A stretch of 64,000 nucleotides of DNA from Azolla caroliniana. Lineage: Eukaryota > Plantae > Polypodiophyta. Every line of letters begins with the position of its first letter. The stretch's first letter is position 1. Positions 14,124-27,443 of this stretch are shown here, piece by piece. The position numbers and the translations under genes are program-made. The stretch spans positions 1,302,001-1,366,000 of the forward strand of contig JBHGNT010000018.1 in the NCBI GenBank assembly GCA_043228905.1, written 5' to 3'. A model generated the notes under the pieces. The model was not told the origin of the DNA. It saw only the letters and a list, made by a program, of their open reading frames with translations, and made no database searches.

Positions 14124-14710
14124 ACTAGAGGAACCATTCATCGTAGGAGGATTTGATGTAATCTCTAAGCTGGAAGGGGTATAGTTGTTCATTCACAAAT
14201 CTAGACGTGACATAGGCAATGGAAGCACATGTCCCTCAATGAGAATGTGTTGGACTCATCACCTTCTCAAACTCATCATGTATGCCATGGTCATCAAATT
14301 GCAACATGTAAGGGTCAACTAAATCCATGAGATTGTCACTCATATGAAGGGTCCACACCAAACCCAGCAAGTGCATCTCTTTTGGACAGAGGTTGAAATC
14401 AAGGACACGCCTACTGCATGGAATCTTGAGGGCGAGGATCCTGAAATTGTACACGTTGGCTTTTTTCATGGCTTGCCCTGTGTACACTAGCTCAGGTGCC
14501 AAGTATCCCATCGTGCCCGCGACTGTCGTTGTTGCCCCCAGTTTGTCACGTGACACTAGCCTCGCCATACCAAAGTCCACGAGGATTGGTTCCCATTCTT
14601 TATTCAACAATACATTGGTTGCCTTCACATCTCTATGGATTATACACCCCCCTGAGACCTTCATGTAGATACTCCAACACGGTTGCCACACTCACCAATA
14701 TCTTCCATCT
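14124..14710 (-). pseudogene. LecRK type B copy 2, kinase C-terminal part
   Basis: HRDVKATN, DFGMARL, GTMGYLAPE. Continues at 37612 on the far side of the copia insertion (D-H-R-W across the CATCT TSD). Confidence 0.88.
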
Positions 14711-15018
14711 TGTTAGAACATTATTAATGTAAGCAATATATATTATGATATTAGAAAATACTTTACCATGAATAAAGAACCATGAAGGTTCACATGCAAC
14801 TATTTTACTTCAAGAATCGTGAAGGTTCATGTATGTAACTGTTTTCCCAAGATTGTACCTACATATATACCATCAATAAGAATAATTATGTTAGGGCATT
14901 TTTATACATAGAAGCTTTGTTATCTGAAATACTTACATCGTATCAAAGCCAAAACAATCCTAGATATCCATTTTCTCTCTAAGCATTCTCTACAGGTTGA
15001 TCCGTATGGTCTACAGAA

Positions 15019-18000
15019 ATGGCTTTGAGTGAAGGAACATCAACGGCCTCAACAACAACATCAACAACACCTACCACAAGAAAGTATTTAATCGAAAAAT
15101 TAAACAATAACAACTATAGGATGTGGAAATTAAAGATGGAACTCATCCTAAAACGAATGGATATGTTTAGAATAATCAAAGGTAAGATCGAACAACCAAC
15201 CATAGAACTTGAAACAACAGAATGGAAGATGAAAGATCTGGATGCAGGGACTGAAATCATCATGCATCTAACAGATAGACAAGTCGATCTTGTCAAACAC
15301 CTTGAGTCATCTAAAGAAATGTGGGATCTTCTTAAAGATCACCACGAACCATTAGATCGAACCACAAAAGTCCTTTCATTTTGTTACCTCGTCACTTTGG
15401 AAATGAAAGAAGATGACTCACTTGACACCTTCATTAGCAAATATCAATCTGCATATGATACAACAATTTCAGCGAACAACAAAATTGATGAAGAAATGAA
15501 GGTAGACATCATGTTTGGAGCCTAACCAACGTCATGGGACCCATTTATAGTGATCCATGGGGCTGATCCAACACTTTCTCTACAAAATCTGATCTTGAAG
15601 ATGAAGCAGGAAGACCTTCGAAGGAGAAAGCTTCAAAATGTCTCAAACAAACCACACATGGCAATGTTTGTTATGATGAAGTATTAGAGAGGTAATTTTA
15701 ATAGAAACAAATTCCAAAACAATAATAAGTACACAAAGAACATACCAATTATAGATGATGGAAATAAGATCCAGAATAAAAAATCGTTCCAGAATAAAAA
15801 ATTAGGTGCCCTTAGTATTTCCTCTCAAATCATTTGTCGGTATTGTGGTAACACGGGTCACATGGAAAGAGACTGCAGAAAGAAGCAATACGATTACAGG
15901 AATAAGAGTAAAAGAAATTCACCACATGTTCACACAACCTTAGTACAAAACCAACAAGAAGATACTCACCCTTTTATCCAAGCATTTGTGGCAACCAATC
16001 AGAACTTCAACATAGAAAATTTATGGTTGTTTGATACAGGTGCAATCCATCATCTTACCCATAGTAGTAGAAACCTTCTTCATGATTACATCCAACTTCC
16101 TACACCTTTGGAAGTTCGATTTGGTGACAATGCAATCAAGTTGGCTTTAGGAAAGGGAACAGTTCATCTATCAATAGACAACAAGCAAACAATTAGTATA
16201 TCCAATGTATACTATGTTCCAGGCTTGGCGAAGAACTTGCTGTTTGTAAGTGAAGCCACGACAAATGGTGCAATAATTGAATTTCATCACAACTGTGCAA
16301 TTATCAAATATATCTTACCATCAAGTCTGACAAGTTGTAAAGATAGTGTCTCCCAAACATGGAAGACTTTACCCCCTTCAAGCTATGGACAAAACACCAA
16401 TTGAAGCACACATTGCCTCAAGAAACTCTCAAGTTGATCATACTTTACTATGGCACTATCGGCTCGAACACTTACATCCAAGAGTCATGAAGACATGTCA
16501 AATTCATAAGCTTGGAGAGGGTATGCCAAAACCATTTACATATCTTTCACTTTGTGAAGGATGTATTTATGGGAAACAAACGAGACAAAAGTTTCCCCTC
16601 AGCAAACGCAGATATGAAAGAAAGTTGTAGTTAGTACATTCGGACTTGTGTGGTCCATTCCAAAAGAAATCTATTTCTAGTAATCACTATTTCATTTCAT
16701 TCATTGATGAATTCAGTAGATTTACCATGCTTTATTTTGTAAAGAAAAAGTCTGAAGCTTTCCAAGCCTTTACCTATTATAAATCCATGGCTGAAAACCA
16801 ATGTCAAAGTAAAATCAACAACGTTAGGTCAGATAATGGTGGAGAATATGTTTCACATGAATGGTAGAATTTCTGCAATGTACATGGCATCAGGCATGAG
16901 TTCAATTTACCACACAAGCCACAATAGAATGGAGTGGCAGAAAGAAAGAATAGAACACCACTAGATGCAAGTAGAAGCATGTTGCAAGTGGCAGGACTTG
17001 AACATTGGTTTTGGCAAGAGGCAATAGCTACATCATGCTATTTACAAAACAAATCACCACACAAAGTGATAGGTCTCCACATGCCATACATGGTTTGGTT
17101 TGGACATAAAGCAAAATTTTAAAATTTAAGAGTGTTCGGTTCGATTTCATATAGTCACATACCACAAGAGAAAAGGAAGAAGTTGGATCTACATGCGAAG
17201 AAATGTATCATGGTAGGATATGGTGAGACTGCAAGTATGAAAGGATACAAACTATTTGATCCTAACAATCAAAATTTTATATTTAGTAGGTCTGTGACAT
17301 TTGATGAAGATGCTCAATTCTACAATGGTGAACTATCACATGAAAAAATGGAAATGCAAGACATACAGAATCAATTGCATGTGAACAATGGAAATGGCTT
17401 GAGAAAAGAAAGAAGACATGTTGAAGAACCTCTGAGAATGGAGGAGAACACAAACCTTGAAATGACATTAGTAGATTGGCAACAACCAGTAGTTTCAACA
17501 GCGACAACGACAGTTCCGGTGGCAACAACAAAAGTTCCTACGACAACATCAACAATTCCAAAGGTGCTTCCGTTAGGACAAACTACAACAACAGTTCCCG
17601 TATTAGGCACTACAATTCCAACGATGGATTGTGCATCTGCATTGACACGCATCTCAGCTGTAAACAATAAGGACACAACAATCAGAAATGATGGTGAAGC
17701 AATATCCCATTACTGAACTTATGAAACAATTGATTCTACAACAAATCTTGAAAACTCAAGAAAATCTTGGCATTCTCCCTCTGATTCAAAGTTAGGGTTC
17801 CATTTTAATATAGATTCAAAGTTGGCATCCTAAAGATGTTTCCTCAGTTTCCTCCCATTTGGAGATAAATCTTGATCTTGGATCGCTTGATGATGAAGAT
17901 GCTTACCCTCATCTTCCCACAAGGAGATCTAAGTTCAGAAGCTTCAAAGAAATTATGGAGATCACCGAACCATTAGAAAAATTAATGGTAGACCTTTCTC

Positions 18001-19128
18001 CCGAAGTGGATTTTGCACAAGATGATTTAGAAATTCTTGATGACGATGATTTTTCCCTTAGTGCTGAAGAAGCCATTCATGCACCGAATAGTGTCAAGTG
18101 GAAAGAAGCAATGCAACTTGAGATTGATGCTTTGCTAAAGAATGACACTTGGGAACTTGTTAAACCTCCAGGAAACTGAAATATCATCTCAAATAAATGG
18201 GTTTTGACCAAGAAATAGATTCACAAGGAGTTCTACTTCGACACAAGCCACAACTTGTTGCTCGAGGGTTTTCACAAGTTCCAGGCCTTGATTTCACAAT
18301 CATTTTTGCCCCAATTCTTGAAGCAGTTCCGCTAAGGTTTATGTTTGCTATAAGTGTTGGCTTAAACCTAGAATTACACCATCACGATGTAGAAACGGTT
18401 TTCTTCATGGCGACTTGGATGAGGAAATCTATATGGAGCAACCTCCCTTCTTTGTAGATCCAAAGAATGCTCATTATGTGTGCAAACTCAATAAATCCTT
18501 ATACGGTCTCAAACAATCACCTAGAATGTGGCATTTGAAGCTACATACTTACCTTGAATCTATTGGATTCAAATGTCTTCAAGCAGAACCAAATTTATAC
18601 ATCCGAAAGGAAGGTAAAACATTTATACTTCTTGGTGTATATGTTGATGACCTCCCTATTGCTTCAAATTCAATTAGTGCTATGAGGAGGACCATCTCCC
18701 AACTAAAAATGAAGTTTCCAATCAAAGACCTAGGACCAATGGAGTTTTCCCTTGGTATCAAAGTGACTTGAAATCGAATGGAAGGTAAGTCTCTCACTCT
18801 TTCACAAAAAAAGTTGTTGGAAGATATATTAAAGAAATTTGACATGGCTCATTGCAAAACTATTCAAACACCAATGACAGTACCATGCAAACTATCTTCT
18901 AATGATAGCCCACAAACTATAATGGACGAGAAAAGCATGACATCACTTCCATATCGCCAAAATTTAGGAAGTGTCAGGTATTTGGTAAGTTGTACATGAC
19001 TAGATTTATCTTTTTGTGCTGGTTTTCTATCTAGGTTTATGAAAAATCTTGGAATAGCACATTGGCAAGCCCTAAAGCGGGTTCTTCGCTACCTATAACA
19101 TACCAAAGACATGGTACTTACTTACCGT
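15019..19128 (+). pseudogene. Element A gag-protease-integrase-RT remnant; RNase H continues at 32323-32820
   Basis: NNYRMWKLKM, zinc knuckle, WLFDTGA, LLWHYRL..H, RSDNGGEY, AERKNRT, SLYGLKQSPR, YVDD; then SSTEAEY and YCDKQS after the gypsy insertion. Many stops and frameshifts. Confidence 0.9.
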
Positions 19129-19837
19129 TGTCGTGGTGTGGCTCGCCTAGAAGCGTAGCGTTGCGCACACAAAGGATAACGTGAAAGTGAAGAAGGAATC
19201 ACTGGGATTATGGATGGAAGAGACGAAAGAGTAGAGATGGAGTGAATAGAGATCAATAAGATATGACAAAATAGGATTTTTAAGGAATATAAGATAAGAC
19301 AAGATAAGATATAAAATAATATATGAGAAAGTGTATGAAATTTATAATCATTTTCATGAAAGAGTTACAAAATGATTCTATACTTCGTTGAACCTCCGAA
19401 CTTTGTCTTGCAAGGTAATCGCTCTTCTCTTTCTTGATCGTAGACCACTACAATTTTCACTTCAATATTTTGATGACGATAAGGCTCGAACTGCCTCCCT
19501 CTTGTTGAGAGTTGACCACCACGACCGCCAAGCTGGAGCTCCACCTTTATGTTAAACTTCTTCCCTTCTTTATCTATTTTTATGGAATCTCTTATGTAAT
19601 ACATAATTTGATTGATATCTCATACATATCTCCCTTTGATCTTCTCTTTCACCCTTTAAATAGGTGCCCCCATGCATATGATGCATTGGAGGGTACAAGA
19701 CATGCATGTGATGCATGATCGCCATTTGGCGTTCATGCATTACATGTGATGCATGATAAACATCTCGCTCATTTGAGCTTTTATGTATGAAACAATATAT
19801 GCAATAACAATAAACATAAAAATATAATTTTAAAGAT

Positions 19838-20075
19838 AAAGGACCTAGCCTAATGGTAGGTGTGTTGACTTTGGTGTATGAGGTTGTGGGCTTGAGTCTC
19901 AAAATACTATTGAATACAACATACAACTTTACTTTTATATCATGAAGCAAATCCTTTATGTAATATAAAGTATATATAAAGTATGCTTTATTTTATGTAT
20001 ATTACTCGTATAGAGTAAATGGTAAGATTTGAGAGTCATAGGGTGGGGTTATTGGTTCAAGTCCTCTCTTGTTCA
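19838..20075 (+). other. Two degenerate tRNA-like (Pol III A/B-box) cassettes in the gypsy B LTR; also at 31535-32135
   Basis: TAGCCTAATGGTAGG...GGCTTGAGTCTC, and TAGAGTAAATGGTAAG...GGTTCAAGTCC. A-to-B spacing is ~43 bp, as in tRNA genes. Confidence 0.5.
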
Positions 20076-22131
20076 TGTAATATAATATATCTATCTATCT
20101 ATCTATATATTATTTGCCTCTACATATAATATATAATATTATCATAGTGTGTTGTTAATATTATCTTTATATATAAAACATTATCAAGATTTATTTTATT
20201 TTAATTACGTATTTATCTTATTGTAGACTTTTAATGTGAAGCTTTCGTACTTCACGACATCCACCCCCTCTAGACCTGCACATCCTCTGGCATGTGCCAC
20301 TATCTTTCATCTTCATGTTAATCTATTGGAGGAGGTTCAAGCTCAAACCTTTTCTTAACTACTTTTATCCTCTTTCCAGCTACCACGTTTAGGATTAGTG
20401 TCCCATTCAATTCACTAAGCTTATAAGTAAAGTTATCATATAGTTTTCTTACTATATAAGGCCTAAACCATCTTTCAGCGAACTTGCGGACGGTGCTATG
20501 TTGATTATCTAAACTACTATCATAGACAAGCACCCAATCCCCTTCTTCTATCTTCTCATGTCGAATTCTGTGAGTTTTATCAAAACGAATTTTATTCTTC
20601 AATCGAGCCTCCTTCAATCGTTGTGCTGCTAATTCGACATCTTCAGGCCGACGCTCTAATTTTTGAATTCACAAAGCCAACAATTCTTCTCTGCTCAACT
20701 CTTCTCTCCATGGAATAGATGTACATGACATAATTGATCCTTCTATTGGCATGATGGGTTTTTGGCCAAGTATCAATTCAACTGGCATATATCCTGTTAC
20801 CGAACTATGTGTTGTTCCATTTGCCCATAGTGCATAAGGTAGCATGCGTGGCCAATCTCTTATTTTACCTTTATAGCTTTTCATGATCACCTTAACTATT
20901 GGGCTATGTCCTCTTTCAATCTTTCCATTGGCTTCTGGATTATACGCAATTGTAAGTGACTCGAAGAGGATTTTCGGTTGGCCTTTTTGGGCGCCTCCAT
21001 ACATGCCCTTCATGTAAAAAAAACTTGAATGCCCTTCGTCGAAATTCATTTAATTGTTTCTTTGACCATGATGGGTTGGCTTCTTGAGTCTTTAAAAAGT
21101 TTCCTATTTCTAACCATTGACCTTCATATTCGGTGTCTTTGAACATTATGATTACATTAAACTCGTCATGAGGCTTACTAGATACTTGATGAGCAACTTG
21201 ATGGCTTGTAGTTGCCCAATTCTTATCTTCAGCTTGCATCACCCTTTCATTTATGAACCTTGCTCTTGACAGCATATCTGCGACTGGTTTCTCTTTGCCC
21301 TTTATATGCCGTAATTCTGGGTTCATGGTTCTAATGTATGCAATCCACCGAAGCATTGCAATATCTGGTGTGGTGCAACTTGCTATAATTCCGATGAGTG
21401 GCAGACAATCTGTTTCAACCACTACATCTGCTCCGATCAAGTAATCTCTATCTGTTTTTAATGCAGTAAGTAAACCCCACAATTCTCGTTTAACTTGTGC
21501 ATAGTTTCTTTGTCTTTCATTTAATATCTTTGCTCCAAATTTGATAGCATATCGATGTTGGTCTTCATCTTCTTGGTTGATAACCCAACCGATCCCGATT
21601 GGGCTAGTATCAACTGTTACTATAATTGGTCTTTCACCTTTGTAGTTTGGTTGACGAAGAATTGGTGCTTTCAATAATGCTTCTTTCAACTGTTGAACAA
21701 CTTGTGTATGTTCATCAATCCATATAAACTTCTTCCCTTTTCTTAAAAGTTGATAGAGAGGATCTGAGACATGTGCAAAGTGTGGTAACCAAATATGATA
21801 AAACACACATGCACCCAAAAATCTTCTCACCTCTGTTACCGAGTCGCAAACTTCCTTCATATTTTGTATTGCATTAATTTTGATCGGTGACAGCTTCCTC
21901 CCATACCAGCCACACATATGACCAACTATTAAAACTTCGTTTTGCCCAAAGCTAGACTTTGTTCATGATAGTGTCAAATGTACCTGCTCAAGCTTATTTA
22001 AAATACTTTCACAATCATTAATGTGATCCATCACAAACTTTCTGCAACCATTTCCAACCATAGTCTCATCTTTCTCTCTTTCTAAGCATCCCTTAATAGG
22101 AATATCATCTAAAAATGGCATAGTTACCTTT

Positions 22132-25100
22132 TGTTAAACACAGTGCTCGGCCACAACCGAGGAATAGGATCAACTCTCAGAAAACAGGAAATACAAAATG
22201 CACGAAGACAATAGAGAGACGAGTACACAGGATGTTTTGCGTGGAAAACCCTAAATGGAAAAAACCACGGGAGTCCTCAAACTCCAAATGTCACTATAAA
22301 CAGAGATGTACAATGGTGAAGCTACAAGGCAACAACCTTGAGCTCACTGTCTTCGCCACAGGCGGCGGTAATACACAGAGGCAACGACCTCTACGTCTCT
22401 CTCTCTCTCACTCTCTCTCTCGGCTGCTCTCACTTCGCTCCCTCTAAGTGAAAACAGAAAAATGAGCAACAACATTAAACTGTTTGCCCTAAGTCATATT
22501 TATACACATATGACTTTCGGGCTATTTACAAATATAGCCTCAAGGGCCCTTGGCAAACATATTCACAAATATGTCCCCGCATCCGGCTCCGTAGCCGGGG
22601 TCTTCAGCATCCGGCTCCGTAGCCGGGATCTTCATCATCCGGATCCGTAGCCGGGTACTCTTCATCATCCGGTTCCGTAACCGCAACCGGGCTTGCCGTC
22701 ATTCATCTCCGGACATCCCATCTGGAGGGACCGAAATCCCAACAAACTCCCCCTTCACTTCGGCATGGGATGTCTCTCCAATCCGATCCTCTTCCGGCAT
22801 GCTTCCAGCTTGTCGGGTGTGAGCACCTTGGTCAGCATATCCGACCCGTTCTCGTCCGTGTGGATCTTCGTCAGTGCGAACTCCTTGTCTTCTATCCTTT
22901 CCCGGATCTAGTGGTATCTACGCTGGATGTGTTTCGTCCGGGAATGGTAGGCCGCGTTCTTCGCAAGGTGGATGGCACTCTGACTATCGCAGTAGAGTCG
23001 GTACTCCTCCTGCCGGATACCGAGCTCTCTAATGAAGTCCTTCATCCATATTATTTCCTTGCCGGCTTCAACAGCCGCCATGTACTCCGCCTCCGTGGTT
23101 GACAACGCAACCGTCTTCTGCAGCCTCGACTGCCACGAAACGGCTCCCCCTGCATATGTCATTACATACCCTGATGTAGACATGCTGGTATCCGCATCAG
23201 CCGACATGTCCGAATCGGTAAATCCATCGAGTTCGGGCTTACCGGAGCCGAATCGGAGGCACATGTTCGAAGTGCCCTTTAAGTATCGGAGTATCCATTT
23301 GACTGCGTTCCAGTGCTCCTTGCCGGGATTACTCATATACCGGCTCACCACTCCGACTGCGTATCCAATGTCCGGTCGGGTACACACCATTGCGTACATC
23401 AAGCTCCCGACGGCAGAGGCATATGGTATCTTCATCATATCCTCCTTTTCATCTTTTGTCTTGGGACTTTGCTTGCCGGATAACTTGCAGTTTGCCGGGA
23501 GGGTCGACCCGACCGGTCTTGCTTCCGACATGTTGAACCGGTGAAGCACCTTTGTCACGTACTTCTCCTATGACAGCCACAACTGCTTCTTCTTCCGGTC
23601 CCGGATGATGTGCATCCCTAGTATTTGCCTCGTCGGACCCAGGTCCTTCATTGAGAAAGTTCGGTGAAGCGCTTTCTTCAGCATCCGTATCTTGGCCTGG
23701 TCCCGTCCGACGATCAACATGTCGTCCACGTACAGGAGGAGTATTAGAAAGTCTCCTCCTTCGAACTTCTTCACAAACACGTAGTGATCGGACTGCGTTT
23801 TGTGGTACCCTTCGTCGGTCATGAAAGAGTCAAACTTCTGGTACCATTGCCGGGGAGCCTGCTTCAGTCCGTAAAGGCTCTTCTTCAACCGGCACACCAG
23901 GTGCTCCTTCCCTTTCTTCTCGAATCCTTTTGGTTGCTGCATGTAGATCTCTTCTTCGAGGTCACCGTGAAGGAATGCCGTCTTCACGTCCATCTGTTCT
24001 ACCTCGAGGTCCATGCTTGCGGCTATGCTCAGCACCGTCCGGATGGAGGTCATCTTCACTACCGGGGCAAATATCTCGTCGAAGTCGACGCCCTTCTTCT
24101 GCTGGAACCCCTTCACCACGATCCTGGCTTTGTATCTCGGGGGGTTTCCGGCATCTCTTGGTTTCAGCTTGAACACCCACTTGTTTCGAAGTGCCCGCTT
24201 TCCTTTCGGCAACTCCACAAGTTCATATGTGTGGTTCTCATGCAGGGAATCCATCTCCTCCTGCATGGCACTTAACCACCTGCGGCTATGTGTGTCAAGC
24301 TTTGCTTCTTCAAAACTCTCCGGCTCCCCCTCGTCGGTTAGCAGCACGTGCTCTGGTTCCGGAAATCTCCGGGGGGCCCTTCTCTCTCTTAGAGGATATC
24401 TCCGCTCCGGAACTTCGGTAACCGGCTCCTCCGTTTCCTCTTCATCCGAATCCATTTCGGGATCGGGGCCGGTTCCGGTATCAGTTTCATCTTCCTCGGC
24501 CGGTTCTGTTTCTTCACCGTCTTCGGCCGGATCCTCGAGTGCTAACCGGTCCCTTGCCGGTCGGGACTGCACCTCGTAGGGTTGATTCTCACCGGTCGAC
24601 TTGGAGCTCTTCATCTTCTTCTCCGACTCCCAGTCGGCGAGTGTCTTGTCCTCCATGAAGATGATATCACGACTCCGGAATATCTTTTCGTCGACCGGGT
24701 CCCATACTCGGTAGCCGAACTCGTCATCGCCGTAACCGAGGAATATGCATGGCCGGGTCTTTGGATCTAGCTTTCCTCTCCGGTCCTTTGCCACATGCAC
24801 AAATGCGAGACACCCGAACACGTTCAGATGCCGGTAGGATACTTCCCTGCCGGTCCACACTTTCTGCGGCGTGTCTCCGTCCAAAGGTACTGAGGGTGAT
24901 CTGTTTATCACGTATGTCGCCGTCGACATTGCCTCAGCCCAAAATCCCTTGGGTAATTTCGCATGCGCCAGCATACTCCGGACCCTCTCCATTATGGTCC
25001 GGTTCATCCTCTCGGCCAGCCCGTTCAGTTCCGGCGACTTCGGCACAGTAAACTCGAGCCGGATTCCCTTCGAGCGACAGTACTCTTCGAACTGCCCCCG

Positions 25101-27443
25101 GTATTCCCCTCCGTTATCCGCTTGTATCGCTTTCAGCTTCTTGCCGGATTCTCTTTCCACTCTCGCGTGGAGTTCTTTGAAGACGGACAATACTTGGTCC
25201 TTTGTCTTCAACGGTGCCGTCCACAGCTTCCGGCTATGGTCATCTATGAATGTTACGAAGTACTGGGCTCCGCCATGTGACTTCGTTTCTACCTGACACA
25301 CATCAGTGTGTACCAACTCCAATGGTACACTACGTCTCATCGGTGGTCTTGAGCGGAAGGAGGTCCGGTTTTGCTTACCGGCCAGACAGTCGGTACACTT
25401 CCCCAGTTGTACGTGCTTTACCGGTATCAGGTTGTCTTCGGCAAGCCTCTTCATCCCCTTCTCGCTCATGTGGCACAGTCTCTTGTGCCACAGCTCACCG
25501 GTAGTGTCAGCTGCCACGTTCAGCTCCTCCGGACATAGCCGGGAATTCATCAGGTACAGTGTGTTGACCTTCCGGGCCCGAGCCACTATCAGGCTCCCTT
25601 TGCTGAACTTCATGACACCGTTCCGGATGCTACCCGTGTAGCCTTCATCGTCTAGCCTCCCGGCCGAAATCAGATTCAATCGAACCTCCGGAACGTGTCG
25701 AACATCCTTCAGCAGCATCTTGCATCCGGTTGATGTCATCAGCCACACGTCTCCTATGCCGGCAATCCGGCATGTACCTTCATTTCCCATCCGGACACAG
25801 CCGTGCTCACCGGCTGTGTAGGATGAGAAGTATTTCTTCTCCGGGGTCAGGTGGAACGACGCTCCGGAATCGACCACCCAGGTCATCTCTTCACCGGCAA
25901 GGTTCAGCTCCGTCTCTTCGGTAATGAGCATTATCTCTTCTTCACTTGCCGCGAGTGCCGTCGTTCCTTTCCGGTCCTGCCCTCGCCGATCCGGACCTCT
26001 CCGGTCCGCGGCTCCCCGGTATGCACCGTTTCGCTCCGGTGACTTCTTCGAATCGGTACCGTCGGTTCCGTTGTCTTTCCGGAAATGCCGACAGTTCTTC
26101 TAGAAGTGCCCTGGCTTCCCACAGTAGAAGCATGTAGGTCTTCCCCTCGACTGCGACCGTGTCCCCGACTTCTCCCGTCTTTGCGGACTTCGGTTCTGTT
26201 GTCTTCCCCGTTCCGATTCGGTAAGCAGCGCCTTCGAGTCGGAGGCCGGTTCTTTATCTCTCCGACGCGCTTCTTCATTTAGAATACTTGTCTTTACCGT
26301 TTGTAAAGACAAGTTCTCTTCCTTACAGGAGGTGCTGAGTGTAACTACCAAGTTCTCCCAGCTCTCCGGAAGGGTACACATCAGCATGATGGCTTGCATT
26401 GCGTCATCCAACGGGAACTTGATCGCCACAAGCTGGTTCACGAGTCCCATGAACGTGCTGACGTGTTCGACCATGCTCTCGCCATCCCGGTACTTAAGAT
26501 TCACTATCTTCCTCATCAGGGAGGTCCGGGTCAGAGCATTCTTCCTCTCATACAGTCCGGACAGCTTCTGCCACATCTCATAGGCGTTCGTATCGTTCGC
26601 CACATGTTGCAGGACACTTACATCGACATATTGCCGGATCGTCGCTACGACTTTCCGGTTCAGGAGCTTCCACTCCGACTCTATTACTCCCTTGGGTATC
26701 TCGGCATTGTCGATCGGTTCGTATAGGTCTCGGACGATGAGAAGGTCTTCCATCTTTATCTTCCAGTCGGCGTAGTTCTGTGAGTTCAACACCATCATGC
26801 CCGGAGGCCCACTACCGCCGCCTTCCATTTTCTGTGTTACCGTCGCTCTGATACCACTTTGTTAAACACAGTGCTCGGCCACAACCGAGGAATAGGATCA
26901 ACTCTCAGAAAACAGGAAATACAAAATGCACGAAGACAATAGAGAGACGAGTACACAGGATGTTTTGCGTGGAAAACCCTAAATGGAAAAAACCACGGGA
27001 GTCCTCAAACTCCAAATGTCACTATAAACAGAGATGTACAATGGTGAAGCTACAAGGCAACAACCTTGAGCTCACTGTCTTCGCCACAAGCGGCGGTAAT
27101 ACACAGAGGCAACGACCTCTACATCTCTCTCTCTCTCACTCTCTCTCTCGGCTGCTCTCACTTCGCTCCCTCTAAGTGAAAACAGAAAAATGAGCAACAA
27201 CATTAAACTGTTTGCCCTAAGTCATATTTATACACATATGACTTTCGGGCTATTTACAAATATAGCCTCAAGGGCCCTTGGCAAACATATTCACAAATAT
27301 GTCCCCGCATCCGGATCTCTCTCCGGGTACATTCGTCATCCGGCTCCGTAGCCGGGATCTTCATCATCCGGATCCGTAACCGCAACCGGGCTTGCCGTCA
27401 TTCATCTCCGGACATCCCATCCGGAGGGACCGAAATCCCAACA
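22132..27443 (-). mobile_element. Young GC-rich Ty1/copia (Tnt1/Tork-like; element D) inserted in the gypsy B RT
   Basis: LTRs 22132-22744 and 26860-27443. TSD CCTTT. PBS TGGTATCAGAGC at 26845-26856. PPT 22745-22759. Confidence 0.96.
22755..26828 (-). pseudogene. Element D gag-pol polyprotein: one reading frame with three premature TAG stops
   Basis: CFYCGKPGHF, WVVDSGAS, LWHKRLCH, DNGGEY, SLYGLKQAPRQW, YVDD, STTEAEY. Stops at 26100, 23568 and 22908; no frameshift. Confidence 0.93.

Noticed and set aside
19365-19950. ORFs repeated near-identically at 31061-31646 (likewise 22232/26960 and 44725/48292)
   Set aside because: They lie within LTR pairs, so the duplication reflects LTR identity rather than coding conservation.
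19838-20075. Functional tRNA genes
   Set aside because: Acceptor and anticodon stems do not pair; reported only as tRNA-like cassettes.
26100-26102. Programmed gag-pol stop read-through
   Set aside because: The TAG falls inside the CCHC zinc knuckle (HF*KNC), so it is a point mutation.
22770-26726. Many plus-strand ORFs opposite copia D pol
   Set aside because: Antisense shadows of a GC-rich coding frame; no recognisable motifs.
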